A stretch of 64,000 nucleotides of DNA from Chloroflexota bacterium. GTDB taxonomy: Bacteria > Chloroflexota > Limnocylindria > Limnocylindrales > CSP1-4. Location of the stretch: positions 2,014-66,013 of the forward strand of contig DAHXON010000008.1 of NCBI GenBank assembly GCA_027364875.1. Reading direction: 5' to 3'. The notes under the pieces were generated by a model. That model saw nothing but the letters and a program-made list of their open reading frames with translations, was not told where the DNA came from and made no database searches. Of the stretch, positions 42,525 to 51,018 are shown one piece after another. Made by a program: the position numbers and the translations under genes. Position 1 is the first letter of the stretch. Each line of letters opens with the position of its first letter.

Positions 42525-43733
42525 CTATGGAGCGGTCCCAGACGCTGCCTCCTGAGACTTGAGGGCCGCAACGAGCATCTGAAGGAACTGCACGTCGGAC
42601 CCTGACGGATGGCCGACGCTGGTTCGGACCAGGATCATCACGTTGTCGACGACCAGGCGCCGGTAATCCCAGCTGCCGAACGACCCGCCTTCGGTCCAGT
42701 CGACCGCTGATGGCTGCACTGCCCCGGCCACCCCTGGCTGGAGGGTCGGCAGGGCACGCGTCAGCGCTTCGGACGAAGGCAGGACAGCGGCGCCCGCGAT
42801 GGGCGACGCGTATTGAACGCCGGGCGTCATCGGAGGACACATCATCAGACCGTCCGTGGCGGAGGCTCCGCACCCCCATACATCGGACGCCGGGGCGCGA
42901 AGCCCGCTTGCGGGACTGGCCGCGCGCGTGGCGGCTATCACGTCCGCCACGGTCAGCGGGTGGGGAGCCGTAGCCGCGTCGCCGGTCCAGAGAACGTCGT
43001 CGACGACGATCATGTCGTCGCAGATCGATCTCTGATGACCGCACTCCGTGGCGCGAGGGTCGTGGATGTGGATGCGCATGATGGCCGGTCCGGTGGCCAG
43101 GTTGCCCTGGTAGAAGCGGAACGTGGTCACTCCGCTCTGAGGTGTGGGCGTCGCGCCGGCGTCGGCGCTCACGTAGTTGAACTGGCAGCCACCCCGTCGG
43201 ACCCAGGAGTCAGGAGCGCTGGGGTCCGGACCGGGATCGTTCGGGCAGGAGAAGACGCCGACCGGGACGTTCAGCCAGGCGCCCACGAGGACCGGTGTCG
43301 CGTCCTTCGCGGTCGCGCGCATCGCGAGGGCTCTATCCCAGCGAATGACGGGCTGACCGTCCCAGACCTTCGGAATGCCGTCGTCGTACCGCAGCGTCGC
43401 GTCGGCGGTGGTCGGCGTCGCGGTCGAGAGGCTGGGCGGCACGGTGGCGGTCGGGAGCACGGTCAGGCTCGCGGCGGCGGATTGAGTCGCTGAAGGCGAC
43501 GGTCCGGAAACGGCCGCCTCGCGCGCCTGCGCCAGGACCAGCCCTGCCACCACCGCGGCGATCGCCACGACCCCGCCGAGAGGCGCCCAGAGGGCGCGAC
43601 CAGCGTGACGGGGTGGCCGTGACCGCCGCGACTTGATCTCAAACGAGGCCGCGTCCGCACTCGCGAGGCTCAGCTCCTCCATGAAGACGATCCGAATTCG
43701 ACCCTCGAGCTTCGACTCGTCTCGTTCAGTCAT
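42525..43733 (-). CDS. Single-pass membrane protein, putative anti-sigma factor
   Basis: Overlaps the ECF sigma stop; short cytoplasmic N-terminus, one TM helix, S/T/P linker, Cys-containing extracellular domain. Confidence 0.7.
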   Translation of the reverse strand: MTERDESKLEGRIRIVFMEELSLASADAASFEIKSRRSRPPRHAGRALWAPLGGVVAIAAVVAGLVLAQAREAAVSGPSPSATQSAAASLTVLPTATVPPSLSTATPTTADATLRYDDGIPKVWDGQPVIRWDRALAMRATAKDATPVLVGAWLNVPVGVFSCPNDPGPDPSAPDSWVRRGGCQFNYVSADAGATPTPQSGVTTFRFYQGNLATGPAIMRIHIHDPRATECGHQRSICDDMIVVDDVLWTGDAATAPHPLTVADVIAATRAASPASGLRAPASDVWGCGASATDGLMMCPPMTPGVQYASPIAGAAVLPSSEALTRALPTLQPGVAGAVQPSAVDWTEGGSFGSWDYRRLVVDNVMILVRTSVGHPSGSDVQFLQMLVAALKSQEAASGTAP

Positions 43734-44232
43734 CTCCGAGCTCCTCGCGAAGGCGGGCCAATCCTGCCTTCAGGTGTCCCTTCGTGGTGCTATCGCTGAT
43801 CCTCATGACCCGGGCGACCTCGCCGACCGGCAGGTCGGCCAGGTAGTGGAGGACGATCGCCGTCCTGGCCCTCGGCGGAAGCTTCGCCAGGGCAATCCGC
43901 AAAGCAAGCGCGTCCGCGCTCGGTCCAGGTCCCGTAAGGATTGCTGGGTCGACGACGCCGAAGTGGATCGCTCGGTTCAACCGGCGACGAAGCCGGAACG
44001 CCTCGTGGACCTGAATCGTCAGGAGCCACGATCTGGCGGCGGTCCGGTCACGCAGGTCGCAATATCTGCGAGCGGCGATCTCGCACGTGGTCTGGACGAG
44101 GTCGCGAGCGTCCGACTCGTTGCGCATGAGCGCTCGTGCGGATGCCAGGAGCAGTGGGAGATGCTGTTCGAGCGCGACCGCGAGCTCGACGTCCGCCGAA
44201 CCGACTTCCGGCCCGCAGGTATCCGTCGGCAT
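43726..44232 (-). CDS. ECF RNA polymerase sigma-70 factor
   Basis: DARDLVQTT, WLLTI, LPPRARTAIVLHYLADL..EVARVM; start codon uncertain. Confidence 0.88.
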   Translation of the reverse strand: MPTDTCGPEVGSADVELAVALEQHLPLLLASARALMRNESDARDLVQTTCEIAARRYCDLRDRTAARSWLLTIQVHEAFRLRRRLNRAIHFGVVDPAILTGPGPSADALALRIALAKLPPRARTAIVLHYLADLPVGEVARVMRISDSTTKGHLKAGLARLREELGDD

Positions 44233-44415
44233 GCCCGCCCTCGTGTGCGATCCAAGTTCTAAGGCCACAACCATACAGAGGCGCTTCGAGGTCAAAACGG
44301 GTGGCTGCGTTGCCCGGGACGTCGATTTTCGTCGGGGCCACATGCCCGTTCCAAGGCAACGGGTTCGCTCGTCTCCATCGTGTCCATCAACCAGCGTGGC
44401 AACTGGGGAGATCCG

Positions 44416-45681
44416 ATGAGGGCGGCTTTCGCGGCAGCAGGATTGCTAACGCTCGTTCTCGTGGGTTGCGGCGCACCGGTCACGTCTCAGGCGCCGAGTC
44501 CGGCGAGCCCCACCGGCTCGGGTGCGCCCTTGCCAACCCCTCCTCCGAGCGCAAATCCGAGTCCGAGTTCGCTCGCGACGCCGGCCCACACCGCTGAGTC
44601 GTCCCCGACGTCGAACCCGCGGCCGTCGTTCGTGACGAGCGGCATCGAGCCCGGCAAGATATGGGCCTCGATCGCCTGGACAAAGCTGCCGGCGAATAGC
44701 CCCCTTTCGTCGATAAGAGGTCTGGTCCACTGGCGCGGCGGCTATGTGGCATACGGCGACGCCGGGCTGTGGACATCGACCGACGGCCGCCTCTGGAAGC
44801 CGTCGTCGGATGTGCCGGGCAACATGACCGCCGTGGCCGAAACCTCGATCGGGCTCGTCGCGCTCGTCTTCGGCTTTGCCGATTGCCCCGTCATCCCGCG
44901 GCCCTGCTACCCCTCCGCCGCGGGCACCGTCGAAGCGTGGACGACTACGGACGGCCTGAGCTGGGTCGATCGAGGTCTCGCCATCGGGGTTTCGGGATTG
45001 CAGCTGGCCGGCGTCGGCGGAAGTCCACTGGGCGCAGTCGCCTCCACGACTGACTCGAACAAACCGGGAGTTGCCTATTCGGCCGACGGGGTGACCTGGA
45101 AAGCCGTGGTCGTTCCGTCGGTTTCATCGGCCTTCTGGTGCCAGGACCCCGAGTTCGGCATGGGCTTGTTCACGATGATCTGTCCAGCGGCCCAACCGAC
45201 TGCGCTCGGCGATCTGCCTTCTCAGCCTGTGTTCTCGGCGGATGGCATCCACTGGGCCGCGGGAACAGCGCCTATGACGACGGACCGGCCGGCTGGAATG
45301 GACCGTGTCCTCGTGGGGCGCAGTGGGCTCATGGCGACCGGATACGTACCCGGGGAAGGCGGAGCGGCGCAATGGTGGCGCTCGGATAACGGCATGACGT
45401 GGCAGATGCTGAATGGTTACTCTCCGGTCGGCAGCTTCACCAGCCGCGCGATCCCGGGTGGCACCTACCCGAACGGCACCCTCGCAGCGGACGGGACAAG
45501 GATCGTCGCACTCGGCTTGGACGCCCAGGTTGCGTCACTGAGCGGTGAGACGTGGAGTTCCTGGGACGGGAAGTCCTGGTCGAAGCTGGCGAGCCATGGC
45601 GCGCCGGTCGCTGGCCCAATGGACGAAATAGTCTTTCCGACGGGAATTCTCGCTGGCGATTGGTGGGGCACGGCCGGTTGA
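44416..45681 (+). CDS. Secreted lipoprotein with Asp-box/BNR-like repeats (probable beta-propeller)
   Basis: Lipobox LVGC, S/P-rich linker, six (S/T)xD(G/N)xxW repeats. Confidence 0.8.
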   Translation: MRAAFAAAGLLTLVLVGCGAPVTSQAPSPASPTGSGAPLPTPPPSANPSPSSLATPAHTAESSPTSNPRPSFVTSGIEPGKIWASIAWTKLPANSPLSSIRGLVHWRGGYVAYGDAGLWTSTDGRLWKPSSDVPGNMTAVAETSIGLVALVFGFADCPVIPRPCYPSAAGTVEAWTTTDGLSWVDRGLAIGVSGLQLAGVGGSPLGAVASTTDSNKPGVAYSADGVTWKAVVVPSVSSAFWCQDPEFGMGLFTMICPAAQPTALGDLPSQPVFSADGIHWAAGTAPMTTDRPAGMDRVLVGRSGLMATGYVPGEGGAAQWWRSDNGMTWQMLNGYSPVGSFTSRAIPGGTYPNGTLAADGTRIVALGLDAQVASLSGETWSSWDGKSWSKLASHGAPVAGPMDEIVFPTGILAGDWWGTAG

Positions 45682-45728
45682 CCTGCCTCGGCGAGACAGG
45701 GCGTTCGCAGCCCCGCTACGATCCCCAC

Positions 45729-46547
45729 ATGAGTGAAGCGCAGGCATCAAAGGTCGAGCTTCTCCGCTGGCGCAGCGTGGCTCTGGCCATCGCCGACGAG
45801 GCCGACCGTCTCGCCATGGGTGGTTTTCGGCGGGACGTGAGGATCGAGACCAAGCGCGACAAGAGCCTGGTGACCGAGATAGACCAGGCGATCGAGCGTA
45901 TGGCCCGCGAAACGCTCCGCGCGGAATTCCCCGGATGTGGCCTGGTCGGCGAGGAGGAAGGGACCGAGGCGGCCGACGCGAGCCTGTGCTGGTACGTCGA
46001 TCCCATCGACGCGACCCACAACTTCGTCCGTGGCGTGCCCGTTTTCGCAACGCTCCTTGCCGCGTCAGTGGACGGCGAGATCCAGGTCGCGGTGGTCAGT
46101 GCCCCGGCTTTGCGCGGCCGCTGGATGGCGTGGCTCGGTGGGGGAGCCTGGCGTGCCGGAGAGGCCGGAATCCAGGATGCCACCCGGCTGCACGTGAGCG
46201 ACGTGGCCACGATCGAGGAGTCGCAGCTCGTGTACGGGAGCCGTACCGCGGACATGGCCAGCGGCGAGATGCCCGGCCTGGACCGGACCCTCGCCGAAGC
46301 GTGGCGCGAGCGCGGCTTCGGGGATTTCTGGGGCTACATGCTGGTCGCCGAAGGCGCCGCCGAGGCCATGGTGGAGACCGGCGCGCATCCATGGGATTGG
46401 GCCGCGCCGCAGCTGATCGTGGAAGAGGCCGGCGGCCGCTTCACCACTGCCCGCGGAGAGCGGCGGATCGACGGCGCTTCGGCGGTGGCCACCAACGGCC
46501 GGATCCACGACGACCTTCTTCGGCGGCTCCGAGGCCGGGGCGCGTAG
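45729..46547 (+). CDS. hisN: Histidinol-phosphatase / inositol monophosphatase family
   Basis: GEE, WYVDPIDATHNFVRGVPVFATL, RGFGDFWGYMLVAEG, WDWAA. Confidence 0.8.
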   Translation: MSEAQASKVELLRWRSVALAIADEADRLAMGGFRRDVRIETKRDKSLVTEIDQAIERMARETLRAEFPGCGLVGEEEGTEAADASLCWYVDPIDATHNFVRGVPVFATLLAASVDGEIQVAVVSAPALRGRWMAWLGGGAWRAGEAGIQDATRLHVSDVATIEESQLVYGSRTADMASGEMPGLDRTLAEAWRERGFGDFWGYMLVAEGAAEAMVETGAHPWDWAAPQLIVEEAGGRFTTARGERRIDGASAVATNGRIHDDLLRRLRGRGA

Positions 46548-46576
46548 ACCCGCTGCCGAGGCGCCGCACGGCCGGG

Positions 46577-46654
46577 GCGCCGAGTGGCCGCGGTGCCGAG
46601 TGGGCGCGGCGCGCGTGGCGCCTAGTGGCCGCGGGGGCGCCGAGTGGCCCTCGG
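46577..46654. repeat. Four degenerate ~17-bp direct repeats (consensus GCGCCGAGTGGCCGCGG)
   Basis: Copies start at 46577, 46593, 46618 and 46637. Confidence 0.65.
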
Positions 46655-46725
46655 CCCTAGACTCATACCTGCAACCACACACAATGCCCAATCCTGCCGG
46701 CGAGAAGCCGGCCGACGGAGCGTAG

Positions 46726-46983
46726 ATGGTCAAGACACGGAGATCCGCGAAGCCGGGCCTGCACAGATTCAACCGTCACCAGATCGAGCTGCCGGACGGC
46801 AGAAAGCTCGAAATGCATGAGGACGGCACCATCGTGGAGACCGGCGAGGCCGCCGAGGCGCCGAAGACCTGGCCACTCGACGACCCGGAATGGGCACGAC
46901 TCGCGCTCCGCTTCGGAGTGCTGCCTCCGTCGGAGACCACCGTCCCGGAGCGTCCCCGCCGATCCAGCCCGCGCCCGCGCTGA
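46726..46983 (+). CDS. Hypothetical protein (85 aa)
   Basis: RBS GGAG; protein-like sequence (LPDGRKLEMHEDGTI...WPLDDPEWARLALRFG). Confidence 0.65.
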   Translation: MVKTRRSAKPGLHRFNRHQIELPDGRKLEMHEDGTIVETGEAAEAPKTWPLDDPEWARLALRFGVLPPSETTVPERPRRSSPRPR

Positions 46984-47068
46984 CGCCGGCATCCGAGACG
47001 GACCACGGCTCCTGCCCGGACGGGTCGGGTAGGATCTAGGGGTTACGCCCGTCTGCCTGGAGGACAAG

Positions 47069-48319
47069 ATGCCCGCACCGATTCGTCCCTCGGTTCTGGT
47101 GGGTGCGCGCTTGCTCGACGGTCGCTCTCCGGACGTCGCCATCGGCTCAGTGGCCATTGGCGCCGACGGCCGGATCGCCTCCGCGGGTCCCCAGGCGGCA
47201 GCCGACGCAGCCGAGGGCGCGCGGCGGGTCGATCTCACCGGCCTGACGCTCCTGCCCGGAATCATCGACTGCCACGTCCACTTGAGCCTCCGCCTGGAAC
47301 CCGTGGCCGACCAGGTCCAGCGCTCCGCGACCGACCTCGTGGTTCGGGCCCTTCAGAGCGGCCGCGAATTCCTCGAAGCGGGCGTCACGACCGTCCGCGA
47401 CGCCGGCTACACACCCGCGGGCGTCAAGCGCGCCTTTGCCAGCGGCGCATTCCCTGGTCCACGCACGCAGGTAAGCTGCCGGCCGCTCTCCCAGACCGGC
47501 GGCCACGGCGACGGCTGGACCCCGTCCGGCGCGATCCTGGACACGGATGTCAGCGATCTGCCGCCGGGCGTCGCCGATGGCGTGGACCAGGTCCGCAAGG
47601 CGACGCGGCTGCAGATACGCGCCGGCGCGGACTGGATCAAGGTCATGGCCAGCGGCGGTGTCCTCTCCGCCGCGGACTCGCCGGACGCGAGCCAGTTCAC
47701 GGTCGAGGAGATCCGGGCGATCGTGGAAGAGGCGAAGGCGGCCGGCATCAAGGGAACGCTCGCTCACGCAGAAGGCACCACGGGGATCAAGAATGCCCTG
47801 CGCGCGGGCATCACCAGCATCGAGCACGGCGACCTGATCGACGAGGAAGGCCTCGACCTGATGCTCGAACGCGACGTGCCGCTCGTTCCGACGTTCAACA
47901 TCAACTTCGTCCTCATGGACGAGGAACGCGTCGCTCGCGGCGATGTCCCGCCCTGGGCGATCGAGAAGATGCGCTACCTCTTCGACAAGCAGCAGGCGAA
48001 CTTCCGGCATGCCGTCGACCGCGGCGTCAGGGTCGTCATGGGCACGGACAGCTTCAACGGCCTCTATCCGCCGGCAGAGCTCGCCTACATGTCTGAGTTC
48101 GGGCTGGGGCCTTTCCGGGCCATCCAGGCGGCCACGACCGAAGCAGCCAGGCTTCTGGGCATCGCCGACCAGGTCGGCACGCTCGAGCCCGGCAAGCAGG
48201 CCGACCTGATCGCGGTCTCCGGCGACCCGCTCGCGGAGCCGGGCCTGTGGCGCGATCCGGCGCGGATCGTCCTGGTCATCCAGGGCGGCCGAATCGTCGC
48301 GGATCGGCTGAGGGCGTAG
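47069..48319 (+). CDS. Amidohydrolase superfamily (Xaa-Pro dipeptidase-like)
   Basis: PGIIDCHVH, GVTTVRD, TGGHGD, IKVMASGG, AH, IEHG, GTD, GKQADL. Confidence 0.93.
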   Translation: MPAPIRPSVLVGARLLDGRSPDVAIGSVAIGADGRIASAGPQAAADAAEGARRVDLTGLTLLPGIIDCHVHLSLRLEPVADQVQRSATDLVVRALQSGREFLEAGVTTVRDAGYTPAGVKRAFASGAFPGPRTQVSCRPLSQTGGHGDGWTPSGAILDTDVSDLPPGVADGVDQVRKATRLQIRAGADWIKVMASGGVLSAADSPDASQFTVEEIRAIVEEAKAAGIKGTLAHAEGTTGIKNALRAGITSIEHGDLIDEEGLDLMLERDVPLVPTFNINFVLMDEERVARGDVPPWAIEKMRYLFDKQQANFRHAVDRGVRVVMGTDSFNGLYPPAELAYMSEFGLGPFRAIQAATTEAARLLGIADQVGTLEPGKQADLIAVSGDPLAEPGLWRDPARIVLVIQGGRIVADRLRA

Positions 48320-48321
48320 CC

Positions 48322-48663
48322 ATGATCGCGAGGACGTGGCGCGGCACGGTCCGAACGGCGGACGGCGATCGCTATGTCCGCTACATCGAGGACACTGGGA
48401 TCGCCGAGTACAAGGCCTGCGCCGGCAATCGGGGAGCGTGGCTGCTGAGCCGCGACCTGGGCGACGGCCGGACCGAGATCGTCACCCTGAGCTTCTGGGT
48501 CGATCGGGATTCGATCCGCGAGTTCGCCGGCGACGACATCGAACGCGCGGTCTTCTACCCCGACGACGACGCATATCTGCTCGAGCGCGACCTCACGGTC
48601 ACGCACTACGAGATCGCCGATCCCGAAGCGCGCGGTCCGATCCCGACGGCAGACCGGGCGTGA
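48322..48663 (+). CDS. Antibiotic biosynthesis monooxygenase-like (dimeric alpha/beta barrel) protein
   Basis: MIARTWRG, GNRGA, SFW...IREFAGDDIERAVFYP..VTHYE. Confidence 0.85.
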   Translation: MIARTWRGTVRTADGDRYVRYIEDTGIAEYKACAGNRGAWLLSRDLGDGRTEIVTLSFWVDRDSIREFAGDDIERAVFYPDDDAYLLERDLTVTHYEIADPEARGPIPTADRA

Positions 48664-49178
48664 TATTCCGCGGGCCGGCTGCGCTCATCGACGCCTGGCT
48701 CGCGATCGCCGCGCGGCTTCGATCGTGGGCGGCCCGGCCCACCAGGCCGCGTGACTGGTGGCGGGCTCTGCCGGGCGACCTGCTCGGTCGGACGGTGATG
48801 CTCGGCCTGGGCATCCGCGAGCACAACCGAGTGCACGACGCGGGCGACGTGCGTGCCTTCGTGGTCGAGGACGAGCGGATCGACCGCTACTTCCGCATCC
48901 ACCTAATCCCGACGAGAGCCCAGACGCTCGGCCACTACGTCCTATGCCGCGGCCCCCTGGATGCCGAAACGATGGCCCACGAGTGCGAGCACATCCGCCA
49001 GTGGGAGTGGCTCGGGCCGCTGTATCTGCCCGCCTACTTCGTCTCGTCCGCGTTCGCCTTCCTTAGCGGCCGGCGACCTTACTGGGACAACCACTTCGAA
49101 ACGGCCGCTCGAGTCCGCGCCCGGCGCGAGGTGGCGTCAGGCCTCGATCATCCTGCCGCCGAACGCGACGCGACGTAG
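48660..49178 (+). CDS. Hypothetical HExxH protein (putative zinc metallopeptidase)
   Basis: GTGA overlap with the upstream gene; AQTLGH, AHECEHIRQW..LGPLYLPAY, NHFE. Confidence 0.75.
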   Translation: MIFRGPAALIDAWLAIAARLRSWAARPTRPRDWWRALPGDLLGRTVMLGLGIREHNRVHDAGDVRAFVVEDERIDRYFRIHLIPTRAQTLGHYVLCRGPLDAETMAHECEHIRQWEWLGPLYLPAYFVSSAFAFLSGRRPYWDNHFETAARVRARREVASGLDHPAAERDAT

Positions 49179-49252
49179 GGCCGGCGTGGTGGAGTGCGGC
49201 ATAGTGGGATGCTCTAGGTAGATCCGTTCGTCTCGTCTTGAGGTCTCCAGCG

Positions 49253-49690
49253 ATGGCCACGTCGTTCCAGGTCACTTTCGACTGCCATGACCCCGCCGGG
49301 CAGGCCGAGTTCTGGGCGGCCGCTCTGCACTACGTGGTCGAGCCTCCTCCGGACGGGTACTCGAGCTGGGACGACTGGGCGCGGGCGCAGGGGATACCGG
49401 AGGAGCACTGGAACGACGCCGCCTCGGCCCAGGACCCGGGCGGTCTGGGCCCGCGGCTCTTCTTTCAGAGAGTCCCGGAGGGCAAGGTCGCCAAGAACCG
49501 CGTCCACATGGATCTCAACGTCAGCGGCGGGCGGAACGTTTCAGTGGAGATGCGCAAGCAGCAGATCGTCGCCGAGGTGGAGCGTCTCAAGAAGCTCGGC
49601 GCCGACGACAGCCGCGGTCCCGTCGACCAGGGCGGCGAGTTCTGGGTCCGGATGAACGACCCGGAGGGTAACGAGTTCTGCGTCCAGTGA
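49253..49690 (+). CDS. VOC/glyoxalase-like family protein
   Basis: QVTFDCHDP, FFQRVPEGKVAKNRVHMD, DPEGNEFC. Confidence 0.92.
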   Translation: MATSFQVTFDCHDPAGQAEFWAAALHYVVEPPPDGYSSWDDWARAQGIPEEHWNDAASAQDPGGLGPRLFFQRVPEGKVAKNRVHMDLNVSGGRNVSVEMRKQQIVAEVERLKKLGADDSRGPVDQGGEFWVRMNDPEGNEFCVQ

Positions 49691-49832
49691 GGGGCGAAGG
49701 CCGCGCGATCGATCGCTAGCGGCGCGTCGCGGCCCCCTCGACGCGTATCTCCGACCAATCTCGTAGGATATTGACGAACCGCCGCGCAACAGACCGCGAG
49801 CCTCTCTGCCGCAATCGAGGAACGAGCCCACG

Positions 49833-50903
49833 ATGCCGACCCTGACCCAAGATGCCGTCCTCAAGGCCCTGGCCACAGTTCAGGAGCCCGAGCTCGGGGG
49901 AAACCTCATCGCCCGGAACATGGTCAAGGACCTCGTTCTCGACGGCTCGAAGGTCTCCTTCACCATCGAGCTGACCACGCCCGCTTGCCCGCTCAAGGAT
50001 GAGATCGAGGCGCGAGTGCAGGCCGCCCTCAAGCCGATCGGCGCGACCGAGATCGAGGTCGGCTGGGGCGCCACCGTCCGCCGCTCCACGCCGGCCGGCC
50101 CCCAGATGCTGCCCGGCGTCAAGAACATCGTGGCCGTGGCATCCGGCAAGGGCGGCGTCGGCAAGACCACCATCAGCGTCAACCTGGCCGTGGCTCTGGC
50201 CAAAGCGGGCGCGTCGGTAGGACTTCTCGACGCGGACATCACGGGTCCCAACATTCCGATGATGATCGGCGCCGAGGGCGCGCCCGTCGCCAGCGCGAAC
50301 GGCAAGATCACGCCGATCGAGGCCAACGGCGTGAAGGTAATCTCGATCCAGTTCTTCCTGCCGGAGGGCCAGCCGGTGGTCTGGCGCGGGCCTCTCGTAG
50401 GCGGCGCCATACAGCAGTTCCTGCGCGACGTGGAGTGGGGCGATCTCGACTACCTCGTGGTGGACCTGCCGCCCGGAACCTCCGACGCGCAGCTGACGCT
50501 CGCCCAATCCGTGCCACTGACCGGGGCCGTGCTGGTGACCACGCCTCAGGAAGTCGCCCTCTCCGACGTGGCCAAGGCAATGGCGATGTTCAAGCGTGTC
50601 AGCGTGCCGATACTCGGCCTCGTGGAGAACATGTCCGGTTTCGTCTGCGCCCACTGTGGCGAAGTCACAGACATCTTCGGGCGCGGCGGCGGCGAACGCT
50701 ACGCCGCAGAGAACGGCATCGACTTCCTCGGAGGCGTACCGCTCGACATCACGGTTCGCCAGGGTGCCGACGTGGGTGTTCCGGCGGTGGCCCAATCGCA
50801 GCCCGGCCCCGCGGCCGCGGCGTTGGAGCACGTGGCCCGCGCAATTGCGGGCAAGGTGAGCGTGCAGGCCGCCCGTCAGCAGCCGGTCCTGACCGTCAGC
50901 TGA
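49833..50903 (+). CDS. mrp: Mrp/NBP35 (ApbC) Fe-S cluster carrier ATPase
   Basis: LTTPACP, ASGKGGVGKT, WRGP, DLPPGTSD, ENMS..CAHC. Confidence 0.95.
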   Translation: MPTLTQDAVLKALATVQEPELGGNLIARNMVKDLVLDGSKVSFTIELTTPACPLKDEIEARVQAALKPIGATEIEVGWGATVRRSTPAGPQMLPGVKNIVAVASGKGGVGKTTISVNLAVALAKAGASVGLLDADITGPNIPMMIGAEGAPVASANGKITPIEANGVKVISIQFFLPEGQPVVWRGPLVGGAIQQFLRDVEWGDLDYLVVDLPPGTSDAQLTLAQSVPLTGAVLVTTPQEVALSDVAKAMAMFKRVSVPILGLVENMSGFVCAHCGEVTDIFGRGGGERYAAENGIDFLGGVPLDITVRQGADVGVPAVAQSQPGPAAAALEHVARAIAGKVSVQAARQQPVLTVS

Positions 50904-51018
50904 CCTCCGCTGGAGCCGCGCCGCCTGGACCGCGTCACACGCGGTGCGTCGCCTCGGAGTGTCGGGTCCAGTCGAATTTGACCGGCGCGACGTCGTACCA
51001 TTCGGGCAGGAGGTTCCC

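Noticed and set aside
46577-46654. Mini CRISPR array
   Set aside because: Repeats are about 17 bp and degenerate, spacers are 0-8 nt, and no cas genes are present
46684-46725. 13-codon uORF abutting the 85-aa gene in frame
   Set aside because: Its ATG overlaps a probable -10 (CACAAT), and the downstream gene has its own SD
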